From contig NC_043006.1 of the NCBI RefSeq assembly GCF_006345805.1, positions 56,358,001 through 56,422,000 on the forward strand: a stretch of 64,000 nt of DNA. The letters are read 5' to 3'. The stretch comes from Octopus sinensis. Its lineage: Eukaryota. The position numbers and the translations under genes were made by a program. Positions 1 through 13,635 of the stretch are shown here, piece after piece; position 1 is the stretch's first letter, and every line of letters begins with the position of its first letter. The notes under the pieces were generated by a model that was not told the origin of the DNA, made no database searches, and worked only from the letters and a program-made list of their open reading frames with translations.

Positions 1-169
1 CAACTTTGAAATGAAGGAATTCGGTATTCGGAACGAGTGTCTATATATGCGAATTACAGAGCACAGAGGTAGCTGCAGGACCCATAAACTGGTGGTCCCT
101 AGATAGAAATTAAAAGTTACTGGAGGTAATTTCTAAAGTCGAAATATGGTTAGGATGTTTGCTTACGCT

Positions 170-575
170 TTTACTCTTTTACTTGTCTCAGTCATTTGAC
201 TGCGGCCATGCTAGAGCACCGCCTTTAGTCGAGCAAATCAACCCCAGGACTTATTCTTTGTAAGCCCAGTACTTATTCTATCGGTCTCTTTTGCCGAACC
301 GCTAAGTTATGGGGATGTAAACACACCACCATCGGTTGTCAAGCGATGCTGGGGGGACAAAAACAGACATAAACACATACACACACACACATATATATAC
401 ATATAAACATATATACGACAGGCTTCTTTCAGTTTCCGTCTACCAAATCTACTCACAAGGCTTTGGTCGGCCCAAGGCTATAGTAGAAGACGCTTTCCCA
501 AGGAGCCATGCAGTGGGACTGAACCCAGAACAATGTGGTTGGTAACCAGGCTACTTACCACACAGCCACTCCTGC
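170..575 (-). mobile_element. tRNA-derived SINE, family A, near full length
   Basis: Reverse complement of the 11070-11483 copy: tRNA-like head GCAGGAGTGGCTGTGTGGTAAG...GGGTTCAGTCCC, internal (TA/TG)n, 3' end TGACTGAGACAAGTAAAAGAGTAA. Confidence 0.9.
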
Positions 576-817
576 TTCATAACCACATATTTTCGAGTTC
601 GCTTCAACTACTTGGCACCTTGAATAAGTGTTTTCTACTATAGCGTCAGGTAATGGTTAGTTAATGAAATTTTTATCGGCAGAAATATATACAAAAACCT
701 TGACATATATACACTTACACATATATACACCTACACATATATACACCTACACATATATACACATATATATGTGTGTTTATATGTACGTATTTATGCATGT
801 TTGTATGTGTGTATATA

Positions 818-1221
818 CAGGATGTCGGGCAATTTTTTTAAAAAACTCACTTTTAATTATGTCTAATGTGTATAAACTTTAATCTTATTCCCAATTTTTC
901 CCGCTTTTTTTTTTTTTGATTTGGCTGCTAACATTTTCTCTCAGGGTGGCGCAATAGTCTTGCTGGAGACTTCAAGAATGCATTCAGTGAGCAGGAGTTA
1001 ATTCCTGAAAAGCTTCAAAATGTGTTTCGCACTAAGAGTAAATTCGAAATTTGCAAGGATACAGACGGAGGATGTGTGGAAAATTTTCAATCAAATTTTA
1101 ACGTAAAATTTATAAATCCATTTGTTTTGGTATCATAACCAAGTAATAAACAAAATTCTGTCAGTTCTTTTCAAATTTGCTCGATTCCATTGAAATCGAT
1201 ATTTAATTTTGGGATAACCTG
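818..1221. mobile_element. Possible Tc1/mariner-type MITE relic
   Basis: TA|CAGGATGTC...GATAACCTG|TA; degenerate terminal inverted repeats with TA flanks. Confidence 0.4.
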
Positions 1222-1318
1222 TATATTTATATATGTATATGTATGCGTGTGTATACATACATACATACATACATATATACACACATATATAAGTTTCCAA
1301 ACACATACAAACATATAC

Positions 1319-1392
<74 letters not shown>

Positions 1393-1547
1393 GTGGGGTT
1401 AAAAATATAGAAAGAATAGAGCTCATTATATTGAGTATATAGTATTTATCCAGCTGTAATGTCACATAAGTGACTCGAGGGTTAAGCGTTTCGTTCGTTG
1501 CACTTAGCAAAATTCGCACATTCAATGTATTTGTTTGTTTGTTTGTT

Positions 1548-1586
<39 letters not shown>

Positions 1587-1917
1587 AAACCACGCCAAAC
1601 GCATCTGAAATTCAATTACCCATGGTTTTCTGACCGGCATATTAAATTTGTTTCGCCATTTTTCAAGCTGGTATATTTAAAGAGTGGGTTAGCAACTCCG
1701 TATGTATTGTTTATATATCACTTAACATGTTCGGAATTATTAACACAACATGTTGACATTATGAGCTTGAGAAATAGCAAAATACATTTATTATTCCAGT
1801 CAGGAAACCCTGGGTAGTTATATTTTATGTTTTTTTTTTTGTGTTTTTAATTATTAATATATTTACTCTCATAACTGACCGAGTTTTCTACTGTTTGTTG
1901 ACTCTCTTTGCACGCAG

Positions 1918-1995
<78 letters not shown>

Positions 1996-4900
1996 AGTTT
2001 ATTTACCTTTTCATCTATCTGCCAATCTATTAATCTATCTGTCTGTATGCGTATGCGTGTATGTATTGCTGCGTGAGTGTGTGTGTATATGTGTGTGTGT
2101 CTGTGTGCGTATGTGTGTGTGTGTGTGAATTATTTCACATTGTCAGCGTAGACAATGTTATGCAGCTCTCTCAAATATTTTATGCAAGTATAAATGGCCA
2201 AAACATACGAATCTTTCCGTGAATGAAAGACGTGTAATGTTGTTGACTGAATATCTAATGAAATCAGTGTTCACTGGCAGATAAAACCTGTTGTGTAGCC
2301 ACTTCGTTTACATTTCCCAATGGGGTTAAGCTGTGTACTTTATCGGCCCTTAAATTCCATCTTTGGAACTGCAGTCGTTTTCTTCTTATCCCTTGCCAAA
2401 AGCATCCTCATCATTTTTATGGAAACCTCTTTTCCTCCACTCCCAAACAAGTATTATTACTTCTTCCGTCCAGAAAGCCGATTTTATTGTTTTCTTCGCA
2501 CCCAATTCCGTACTATACATCCTTGGCCACTCCCATTCAAATCTATTCCTTTCAGGTCCAAAGAGTTTCTCACTTCGCATATTTACTTGCCAAATGCAGA
2601 AGTAACTCTATTTGCATTTTTAAGACCAAGCCACTGACTTTGGCAGTATCCTTTCTATTACACTTAATGAGCCCTAGAACTTACACCTACCCTCACCAAA
2701 ATCTTTAATTTCTAACTTCGCACGGCGATGTTCTCTGAATTTGGAAGCATGCTCCTGTGTATTTAATTCTTAAGAAAGTCAACCCCTCCACCCAGCCAGC
2801 TATCATGTTGATTACCTTCTGCACTTGTATTTTATCCAATGTAATGAAAACGGTTATTAACAATGATGTTCTACATCACATTGAATCACTCTGATCACCA
2901 GTAAGTCTTCCTGTTAGTCAGATTCATTAGCGATAAACTCTCTTATGACATTCACCAGTGAGCTCTCGCTTTAGAATGTTTCGCGAAAACAACATTGTTG
3001 CTCTAAACATCAGCATACAAATTACTGACAAATCTGACAGCAAAGCTACTACCTAATTATTTCAGTTTCTGAATATTGCAGTCAAATTTCTGTCAAAAGA
3101 CACACTCTATCATCTTAAAATAGAAGTACGAATTCGTGGATTCATCTGAGCGTCGAATAAAATCCTCCGGGTATTTGTTTCGACTCTTTGCAGTTCAAAT
3201 CCCTCCGAGATCAACTTTGCTTTTCATTCGTTAAGAGTCAATAAAAAAGCATCAATCTAACGTGGTGGATCAATTTAGTTGAACTATAAGAAAACGTCGG
3301 GCGTGATACCTTGCAGTATTTGATCCTAATCTTTGCTTTCTCAGTTCAAATCCCACCATAGTCAAATTAAGTTTGAAGATTTAACGCGTCACCCGATTTA
3401 ACATCACCCCTTGAAACCTTAGATGTTTCTGGGAACTTAAATGTCATAAGTACTGCCTGCCTTCATAAGTTAAGGTATAAATTAGACAAACATTTTATAA
3501 TCTAGTTCTAGATATGCTATACCAATTAAAATGAAGGGCTGATCAAAGATGGAATACTTTTGAAAATAAGTCTCCTCTATGAGGGCCCACCTAGGTTACA
3601 CGATTAAATATTATACTTAGCTCTGTTTTTATACAAAGCAACAACGTACTCAGCTTTGATATTTATCGACTGAATATTTTATCTTATTAAGGTTTTTATA
3701 ATAATTTACAGTTCATACTGTCGGTTATATTCACTGACACACTGGTTTGATTACATAAAATTAATATTTCCAATATAAGGAGACAGAATAAATCATTAAA
3801 ACCTTATGAGTCATTCTTAAATGTGATGTTTCTTTCTCTTTTATTTCTATTACTTTATTTTTTGTTCAACTGTTTTAGTTTCCTTAACTTAAAACGCTTA
3901 TTCAGGCGCTAGGTATATATTCGTATATATCAATTGAATATACATATATACATGTACACACATACGTGTGTATATATACCTATGTGTGCATACATGTGTA
4001 TTCGTACATGATGTGGATTATGTGTAAATATGCATGGGAGAAGGTAGAGAGAGAGGGGGGAGAAAAAGAGAGAGAAAGAGTGAGAGATACAGATTTAATG
4101 GTTCAAATAAGGACTCTGCTCTAAAATTCAATTTCTAGAGCAGTTTAAATTGAAATCATAATGATACATGAACTTTATTTCTAGTCATTAACACTGAGAT
4201 AAACATTAACAAACATATCACCTCATTTTACACTATTAATAAATAAATGTATGTAGTTTCATGGAGGCACTGAATTTCAACACTTATAAAATGTCAGTAG
4301 TGAAATCTCTACTTGAAAGAACCTCCTTTCTAAATAAATTACAAGATAAAGAAATCAACAGGATAAAATTAAGTACCCGTATACAAACTTGTACGCAGTA
4401 ATTATATATCAAGCGCTAAATTTCTAAATATGTACAAACTGTACATACAATAGATGAACGCGTAATAAAAAATAGACAAAAGCCGAACGTAAAATGCATC
4501 GCAGTCCATAAATAAGCAATGCAATCCACAAATTCAATTGTAAACTTTACGACTCTAATGGTTTTATGGGCAATACAAATTTGACAATTTTGGATAGGTC
4601 ATGAATTTAAAACAAGGAACCAGTGCAATGCACCGCAACATAAAACTTGATAGAACAGTAATTAAGAGCATAACTATCCCATATCGAATTTTTCCATAAA
4701 ACTAAGTGCTTAAGTTAGTCAGTGTAACTGTATGCAGTTCGTTACTATGTATATTATCTGTGTACAATAAAAGGGGGGATTGCAAAAATAAGTTCGAATC
4801 GACAAATGAATGCTCAAGCTTTGTGACAATGTCAGCATTTAGTAAGCTCACCATCATTGGTGCTTGGCTATGACAGTAAGACACATCACAATTAATAATT

Positions 4901-6279
4901 TCACCCAGATTATATGACTTTGAAGAAGGGTTACGTTTTCCTTTTTTACTACAGTCGATTACATAAGTCAAAAGCATGCTAGATATACAATACCTCAAAA
5001 CATTATCAAAACACGTAGAACACAAATTCCATTGCAGCCAATAATTGACTGGCATTATTTATATACTATGAAGAAGGTGCAATTAAATGCTTCCTGTTGG
5101 ATAGCAATTCAGAAGCCTAGAATTCTGTAAATGGCCTGTAAAATAATCAGTTTGACAAATTTGGTTCTCTTTGGTAAATTTGATAACACTTCAATGAAAT
5201 TATCTAAATCTTATCAATTACTGCTCCATTTACTCTTCAAGGGGTGGATTTTATGCCATTTACGTTCCAGAAAAATAAATAGTATTTCAGCAATTCTGTG
5301 CCCTTGTGCCCTTTTCGTTCCCCACAAGGTAGTAATAGTTAGGAATATAAGCTCCCTATCAACTTCCAAGTGAGCAATTAAATGTTAAATAACGTTAACG
5401 CATGATAAAATATGAATTTTTCTATTCACTCACGTATAAGCTATCATAAGGAAAGAAAAAGACCTTTTGAGACTCATAACTCGATAAATGACGATAATTT
5501 CGGGGGAAAAAATGATAAAACTAACAAACAAAAATATAAAGAGTAGAGCTGTCTTTAACCGTTTCAAATTTGATATAAACATTAAGCCTTACAAAGACAT
5601 AATGTGGATAATAGATTTTGAAATGATGGTTTGTATATGGTGGGAATACACAATCGATATATATACAATGATAACCATAAATATTGAAAATATATACGCC
5701 TGAGAGAAAAAACAAATACTAAATAAAATATTACAGCAACGTTATAAGAAAAAAAATTATCCCCGAAGGTAAAAGTAAGAAACACAAGTGTTAAAAGAAA
5801 GAAAATTGAAGAGAAGTGTGATAGAGATTTAAAGAATGGGAGATAAATGGTGTTCCTATAACCCTTAAATATTTTGATATATAGAATATAAAAAATACAT
5901 CGGGAAAATTAATCACAGAATCCATATTAATTGGAAAAGAAAAGAGAGAGAAAAACTCATCAGATATATAACATATTCTAGTAAAAACTTGATACCAGAC
6001 ACCGAATCCGAATCATTTCCCGATTGTTAGAAGAAACCGAAGTTGACGTCTAGGGAAATAGGATTGATAACGAATGAGAATAACATAGAAAACTGTGTTC
6101 TCGTGATTCATGTTTGAAAATAATTTAAAGCGGCAATAAACACAGCACGCCCAATAACAATATAATACTGACAATATTTTGAGACATCGACTGGAACAAG
6201 GAGGCCCATCGTTGCAAACGGAATGTGGATGTTAATAGGGAGATAATGAAATATACTGAATAAATACGTACGTACATAC

Positions 6280-6670
6280 TTCGGCAACATCTTTTAACTA
6301 CTAAGTATCGAAGTGCACCCCTTGACCAGGTTTGCATTCACGAGACAGTTAACATCATGAGACTTGAAAAGCAACTCCTCGAACAACATTCCTTGTCTGA
6401 TAACTTTGAATATATATCCAACATATGAGGCAGATAACATCATAAAACTTGGAAGGCAGCTCCTTGAGCTACATTTTTGTCTGATAACCTAGACTACATG
6501 CCCAAAGATGTCGCACGAATCTACCGAAACGTATAATCTGATGGAAGGATGAGCCCATATGAGAAGAAGACCATGCATGGATATCTTAGCAGAAAGCTCC
6601 AGGATGACAGTAACATTGATAATCATTGATAATCAAAGCAGTCTGTTACGGACCAACAACCGGAGTACTG
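6280..6670 (+). mobile_element. Fragment of the R4/Dong-like LINE also present at 21739-24090
   Basis: Translates to LRQHLLTTKYRSAPLDQVCIHE...QLLEQHSLSDN, matching ORF 22495-22695; carries an internal ~90 bp tandem duplication. Confidence 0.8.
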
Positions 6671-6939
6671 TATGTTTGCGCGTGTGTATATAGCTTTGTT
6701 AGTACAAGTAACATAAATAGGACGCAATATGTGCTTATATATATACATGTATATATACTTTTATTCTTTTAATGACTTTAATTGTAGGACTACGGCCTTA
6801 ATTTATTTTCTCAGTTTTGTTGTCACTTTATGGCTGGAAGTTGGTCTATGATTGAGTTTGTAGCTACTGATCCTCCCAGAGGAGAATGGTTTGTTGATTC
6901 GGTATCGTCGTTAAGAGTTTATACAATGTTTTTTTTTTA

Positions 6940-7310
6940 ATGTTTCAGTACAGGTTCGTTTTATATTTCTAATTCCTTTAGGTAGGCAGTTGAACAGTTG
7001 AGGATCTCTGAGTATCAGTCTAGTACAACTAAGAATTTCTTTCGTGATTTCAAAGTTGGAATATTTGGGATCTGACAGTATCTACCAGTTCGTGCATTAA
7101 AATTCTCTCATGCTGAAGTTTGGAACATGCCCCTCCAGGTTTTTCCATGCGTATATGATAATATATCCCTCTCTTCGGTATTCAAGGGAGTAGAGACACA
7201 GAGCTTTCAGATGTTCTCAGTGATTAAGGCTTTCAACCTAAGTTATTTTGCTTGTGAATGTTCTTTGTAAGTCTTCAATTTCTTCTATGAGACCGGATGT
7301 GTTAGGAGAA
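6940..7310 (-). mobile_element. CR1-group LINE, decayed RT C-terminal fragment
   Basis: Minus-strand translation SPNTSGLIEEIEDLQRTFT...LYSLEYRREGYIIIYAWKNLEGHVPN...PQLFNCLP matches the CR1-type LYSLERRRERY / PRLFNxLP motifs; contains stops and frameshifts. Confidence 0.75.
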
Positions 7311-7638
7311 AGTCTTGAAGTATCGAGGGTGAGCGTTCATATCCTTCTTGTTCAGTTGCTTTGTTCCAGGTTAGATCTAGCACTCAAGATAGCTGACACT
7401 AGGAGAATTAAAGTTTCCCGTTAAAAGTACATTGGCCTGTGGGCTTGCTTGACTTAGGTTTTGACTTATCAGTGATAAAGATAAAGCATCTCTAGTGTTC
7501 TCCGTGGTCAGGTGAGTCAGGAGGACAGTAGGTATTGCCTATGATCAAATTGAGGCCGATCACATGTGTCGCACCCTGTGATGGAGCGGGAGAGGAGGAC
7601 GTTTGTTGCCAGGTCTTCACTGTTTCTCTATTCTATGG

Positions 7639-7930
7639 TCACTTATGTGTAGTACATAACTTGATATGTGTACCTCCGAATCCGATATACCTGGGATCAG
7701 ATGCGTTCAACTTCAGTGCATAATCGCTCACCATTGCTGCATTAACCTAGTGCTAACGCTGAATGTACAAGATCTCTCACACTTCACAAATCTAACAAAA
7801 GCATCATATTTTAGAGACCTTGCACACTGAAAAAGGACACACTATGTGTAGCACCAAGTTGAACGCATCTGATCCCAGGTATATCGGATTCGGAGGTACA
7901 CATATCAAGTTATGTACTACACATAAGTGA
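7639..7930. repeat. Perfect 75-bp inverted repeat with 142-bp spacer (MITE or fold-back)
   Basis: 7639-7713 is the exact reverse complement of 7856-7930; the ORF track shows the same peptide [24 protein letters not shown] on both strands. Confidence 0.9.
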
Positions 7931-8143
7931 TATATGTATATATATCTGGACATATATATATATATATGTATATATAGAGGTATATGTATGGATTTATATG
8001 TATATATGTATATATATAAACATCTATATATATACATTTATACGTATATATATGTATATATAGATGTATATATATATATATATGTATATATGTATGCATA
8101 TATATATATATATAAGCAAAATAAGCAGTAGGATATCAAGAGG

Positions 8144-8235
8144 TTATGCAGTACGACCGTTTCAAGTGGCTCCATTTAATTGAACAATGCAATCATTACA
8201 TCAATTTAAATGCAGGGCTATCCTCAGCTGCATAA
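8144..8235 (-). ncRNA. Type-I hammerhead ribozyme motif with irregular stem II base
   Basis: Minus strand: TTATGCAG-CTGAGGA-[~57 nt incl. CATTTAAATTG/CAATTAAATG]-GAAA-CGGTCG-TA^CTGCATAA; 8-bp stem I. Confidence 0.7.
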
Positions 8236-8700
8236 ATAAATATATTTTTTAATCAGTTGGACACATAATTTTACTCAAATTCTCTAAAAGAGTAAGAATA
8301 GGGAGAAGTTGTAGGATTAAATCCCACTATCCGTTATTAGGCCGATGTCTGAACCAAAACGTAATCTATAAGTGTGCTATCACAACTGTAACTGATAACT
8401 TTGTATATAAAGGATGGTCAATAAATATTTAAAAAAACGCATTAATAACCATTTTTCATCTTTTAGGCCAGCTGTACGTCATTATCTAGCAAGATATGTG
8501 GCCCCAGGATGGTCACAGCCCTCAGCTGAAACTTAAAAGGGAAAAATATATATGTTTATATATAAACATGTATATTTATGTAAATAAATAAATATATATA
8601 CAGAGGTGTGTATATATATATATAAATATATACATGTATGTATAAATATATGTATACCTATAAACTTATCTATATACATGTGTATACATATATATATATA

Positions 8701-8741
<41 letters not shown>

Positions 8742-8813
8742 CATATGTATATATATATATTATTTATATGTATATATATATATATATATATATTATTTAT
8801 ATGTATACATATG

Positions 8814-8866
<53 letters not shown>

Positions 8867-8879
8867 GTATAGATATATG

Positions 8880-9090
8880 TATGTGTGTGTGTCTGTGTTT
8901 GTACCCCCACGATCGCTTGACAACCGATGTTACTATGTTTACTTCCTTATTTCTTCGACTAAAAGGGCTGCTCCACCATGTCTGCAGTCACATGACCGAA
9001 ACAAGTAAAACAATAAAAAAGCTATTCTATTTTAACCCCGAGCAACGCCGGATATCTTCGCTACTATATACATGTGTGTGTGTGTGTGCG

Positions 9091-9131
<41 letters not shown>

Positions 9132-9328
9132 GTACAGGTACGGCTGTGAGGTACGAAGCTTTCTTCTCAGCCATATTGTTTCGGATCCATTGTCACTGCG
9201 TAACACATTGGAAAATGTCTTCTGCTATAGTCCCTTGTGAGTTGATTTGAAAGATAGAAACTCAAAGAAGCTCTCACCCTAACTATCTATATCTCTCTCT
9301 GTGTATATGCGTATATATATATGCATAT

Positions 9329-9367
<39 letters not shown>

Positions 9368-9590
9368 TATATATATATATGCATGTGTGTCCCCTTTGTG
9401 TATCTGTTTGATCTTCACTAATGCTAGACAATTGGTGTTGGTTTGTTTACGTCCGCCTAACTTAGCGGTTCAGCAAAACAGACCGATACAATATATAGCA
9501 CACTTAAAAATAAATACTGGTGTCGATTAGTTTGGCTAAACCTTTTAAGGTGGTACACCAGCACGGCTACAATCCAATGACTGACACAAA
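8880..9590 (+). mobile_element. Two degenerate family-A SINE copies plus a short Helitron-like 3' end (~9035-9065)
   Basis: 3' half at 8880-9020; head at 9135-9275 with its 3' part at 9390-9590; CCCGAGCAACGCCGG hairpin resembles the Helitron end at 29428-29445. Confidence 0.65.
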
Positions 9591-11069
9591 TAATATACAT
9601 ATACATATACAAAGAAAGAGAACGATAAAGAAAGAGAGAATGTGAGGGAGAGAGAGAATGTGTATGAGAGAGAAGTGGCTTAACTGAGTGGTCGAAAAGA
9701 ATTTGTCGGAAGCAAGGACCAATAGTAGAGTAAAAGCGAAGTACAGGTAGATGCTGTGGCTACTATACTGTCGCCACATATTTTAGTTAACAATAGCTTG
9801 ATAACAGGAGCACTTTTCATGAGTCTGTAGACTAGAGAGCCGAAGGGAGAAAGTTATCCTCATGCCACATATCTAACCCGAATGATATCAGGAGACTTGC
9901 CAATGCTGAAGGCACTCATGTGCTAATTGTTGATGGTAAGCCAAGTGACAGGTGAAACATACCACCCCAAAAGAGTAATGTTTCATCCATCAAGTTTCCA
10001 TGCAGCTTCTGTCTGCAAAAATTCACTTCCAATAATTTGGATGACCGGAGGTTATAAAAGAGGAACTCTACGAAAGTGCTCATCAATGGAATTTGAATGA
10101 AAACTGAATGGTCGCCAAGCGATAACCGCCTTGCCTCTTGCATTCGAATGTCTATTAAATAATGTCCTTTAAAGAGGTGGAGTAAATTTTGTTGCGTTGC
10201 CCCACATGTACTGTGCTTAAGAAACGGCCTCGCTGAGCACCTGATGCCATTGCGGTACTCGATTATAGATGCCTTGAGGGTGAAGAACAGCAGAAATAAC
10301 ATAATTAACAATGCATAAACATGAGAATAAAATGTTCCTGAATTACATTATGTTGCCTGCAGGAAAATGAATTATGTTACTCTTCATAAAAAGCCTTTTA
10401 TCGGAAGGGTAATAAGATAGCTCGATAAATTCATTTTTAGTTGAAGTTTGTAATATAAAGTTTTTGGAATTTCAAATTTGTTTGAGAGAGATGAAAGGAG
10501 AAAAAGAGCCAGTGTCGTTTGGGCCGGAGAAGATAAAATAAGGAAGAAACTAATAATGAGTGTGTGATGTGGTGAAGAAAGATAGCCAAGAGAGAGATTA
10601 CTAACACGATGGGGCTAGGAATCAGAGATGCAAGATGAACAAAAAGGATGCTAGGAATTCGATAGAGATTATAGAATTATTCAGGGCTTCGAGCAAGAGT
10701 TCGGCTACAGAAGAGAGAAACGGGAGGTAAAGAAAGTGGAAGATGGAGAAGAACAGCACATCGAAATAAATATTAACGGTTATAAAGACGCATACATTAA
10801 ATAACGAAATATACACAATTCATTAGATTAAGTCGTATAGAAAATTACTAATTCTGAACGAACAGAAGGAGAAAAAAAAGGAAGCATTTCGCATTTGGTA
10901 GTAAATAACAAATTGTTAAAACCACAACACGAACATACAGCCCGCCCACATACAGTCATACAAAAAGATCCATGAAGCACACACATTCACACACGTGGAC
11001 GTATGAATAGACACACATACATGCACGCACACACGCAGACGCAGACATTTGTGTATGTATATATATATA

Positions 11070-11483
11070 GGCGCAGGAGTGGATGTGTGGTAAGTAGCTT
11101 GCTAACCAACCACGTGGTTCCGGGTTCAGTCCCACTGCGTGGCATCTTGGGCAAGTGTCTTCTGCTATAGCCCCGGGCCGACCAATGCCTTGTGAGTGGA
11201 TTTGGTAGACGGAAACTGAAAGAAGCCTGTCGTATATATGTATATATATATATGTGTGTGTGTGTGTTTGTGTGTCTGTGTTTGTCCCCCTAGCATTGCT
11301 TGACAACCGATGCTGGTGTGTCTACGTCCCCGCCACTTAGCGGTTCGGCAAAAGAGACCGATAGAATAAGTACTGGGCTTACAAAGAATAAGTTCCGGGG
11401 TCGATTTGATCGACTAAAGGCGGTGCTCCAGCATGGCCGCAGTCAAATGACTGAAACAAGTAAAAGAGTAAAGAGTAAAGAGT
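11070..11483 (+). mobile_element. tRNA-derived SINE, family A, full length (resembles octopus OK/OR-type SINEs)
   Basis: A box TGGATGTGTGG, B box GGTTCAGTCCC, internal (TA)(TG) tract, (AAAGAGT)n tail; more than 10 partial copies in the window. Confidence 0.9.
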
Positions 11484-11577
11484 ATAACGGGAAGCTTTAC
11501 GAAAATAAACAAAAGACGAAGGCAGGTGGAGTACAAACAAACATTAGTATGGCGCTCAGGAATAGAAATAAAACAAG

Positions 11578-11615
11578 TCTTTTACGTTTCGAGCCTACGC
11601 TCTTCAACAGAAAGA
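11578..11615 (-). ncRNA. Minimal hammerhead-like motif with variant core (CUGUUGA)
   Basis: Minus strand: TCTTT-CTGTTGA-A-GAGC-GTAG-GCTC-GAAA-CG-TA^AAAGA; lies in a PLE-pLTR-like unit (11485-11750) related to 13180-13318. Confidence 0.6.
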
Positions 11616-11760
11616 TACACAGAAAAGAAACACAGAGAGAAACAAGGAGAGAAAAAAATGCGTGCAGGAGCTAACGATTCAACATGGCGGTCTGATTTCA
11701 GCCAGAAGTCAGAGATCAGACGTTAGACGCAAGAGGGATAGTAGGGGTATATATATATAC

Positions 11761-11817
<57 letters not shown>

Positions 11818-12108
11818 GACAGAGAAGCATATCTGAAAAGAACAAAGTCACGTATACATACATACGCGTTGATCTGTATCTGTATATAACTATTTGCATA
11901 TAAGTAAACGTTTGCAAGCGTATGTGTATATATATATTTATATATATATATGCATATATATTTATATATATGCACGAACAGAGACATACAAACACTATTA
12001 TGTAGAAATATAAGCACCCATACAAAAACCGCACATAAGTGTACACACTCATATCGATATTAATAAACATCCATGTGCATAAATATTCAAATAAAGGACA
12101 GTATGGGA

Positions 12109-12432
12109 AGAACTGGGAAAGCACATGAAGTTTAATGCTTTGAGTCCTTGCAGAAAAACAGGTTTTGAGGTTGAAGTAGAGATTTTAGAAATACATACAC
12201 ACGCCCTCACGTATATGCGCGTGCGAACACACACACACAAGCACAAACACACACATAAACACACATACACACATAGACATGCACATACATATATGCGCGT
12301 AAATATTCCAATAGAGAACACAAAGGAAACTGGGCAGAACTGGGGAAGCACAAGAAGTTTAATGCATGCTCTTCTTGCAGAAAAGGGGTTTCGAGGTTAA
12401 AGTTGAGATTTTATAAATAAACATACACACGC
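12109..12432. repeat. Diverged tandem duplication, unit ~225 bp
   Basis: AGAACTGGGAAAGCACATGAAGTTTAATGC... at ~12110 recurs as AGAACTGGGGAAGCACAAGAAGTTTAATGC... at ~12336. Confidence 0.8.
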
Positions 12433-12745
12433 GCGCCGTGCGCACACACGCGCACACATACACACACACATACACATACACACATACATACATACATACA
12501 TACATACATACATACATACATACATACATACATGCATGCATACATATATACATACATACATACATACATGCATGCATACATACATACGTGAACACAAGCA
12601 TGCACACACCCCATATAAACGTATATATATGTTTAAACATAGCATAATTGGAATTGAATAATCATTGGAAAGGAATAACACTGTTGTTTTAAAAGAGCAC
12701 AGTTTAAATAAGACCAATTGGTTTTCATGCCTGTCTGTCTCTCTG

Positions 12746-12841
<96 letters not shown>

Positions 12842-12843
12842 CC

Positions 12844-12886
<43 letters not shown>

Positions 12887-13315
12887 TTATTTATTTATCT
12901 GTCTGTCTGCCGTTCTATATGTATGTATGCATGTATGTATGTATGTATGTATCTATCTATCTATGTATCGCTATTCATTTTTCTCTCTTTCTTTTTCTCT
13001 CTATATATGTATATACGTGCGCGCGTGTATATGTGTAAATGTCTATGTACACCTGCGTGTATTTGTGTGGGCTGCCTTTGACTGAAATGTGATCGTAATA
13101 ACCTACGACTTATTCTCGTTAGCCGATTTTCCTTTACTGTTTCAGCTCCTGATTGATTGGTTCCCTTCAATAAGTCAAGTTGTCTAAAATTTCCGGCTGA
13201 AATCGATTCTCTAAAGGTGATAGTGATAAACTGACGTATAGATATAGCGTCAAACTAATACACCTGCTTGTTGTTCACTCACCTGTCTTCGTCTTTCGTT
13301 TTCTGTAAATTCGAA

Positions 13316-13349
<34 letters not shown>

Positions 13350-13635
13350 TGATAAAATTAATTAATTAATTGATTAATTAATAATTAATAACTCCACCAA
13401 GTAGTATTCGGCATATTAAAAGGTAAACGTAAACAATATTTTTTTAATTATTAGTATAATTATAATTAGGGTTCAGCAAAATGATTTGCTTCACCACATA
13501 CCGATCTTTAGAAATAGCAGCCAAAGAACCTAGCTATTTCTTTTACTATAAGAAAGAACTCCCAGACAACATATACTCAGAAAAAATTCACGTAGGCAGA
13601 GAGGAAAACAACTTAATTCACACGGCATTTGATTA

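Noticed and set aside
2320-2760. Overlapping short ORFs
   Set aside because: No recognisable motif in any frame; possibly an old TE relic but unsupported.
4560-5380. 117-aa minus ORF with hydrophobic read-through region
   Set aside because: Stops on both sides, no recognisable domain and no convincing splice sites.
5551-5598. Possible HHR (GTCTT...GAAACGGTTA^AAGAC, minus)
   Set aside because: CUGANGA core absent (TGTAAGG) and no stem II; at most a decayed relic.
11070-11140. tRNA gene
   Set aside because: SINE head without a full cloverleaf; the same applies to 20622-20695.
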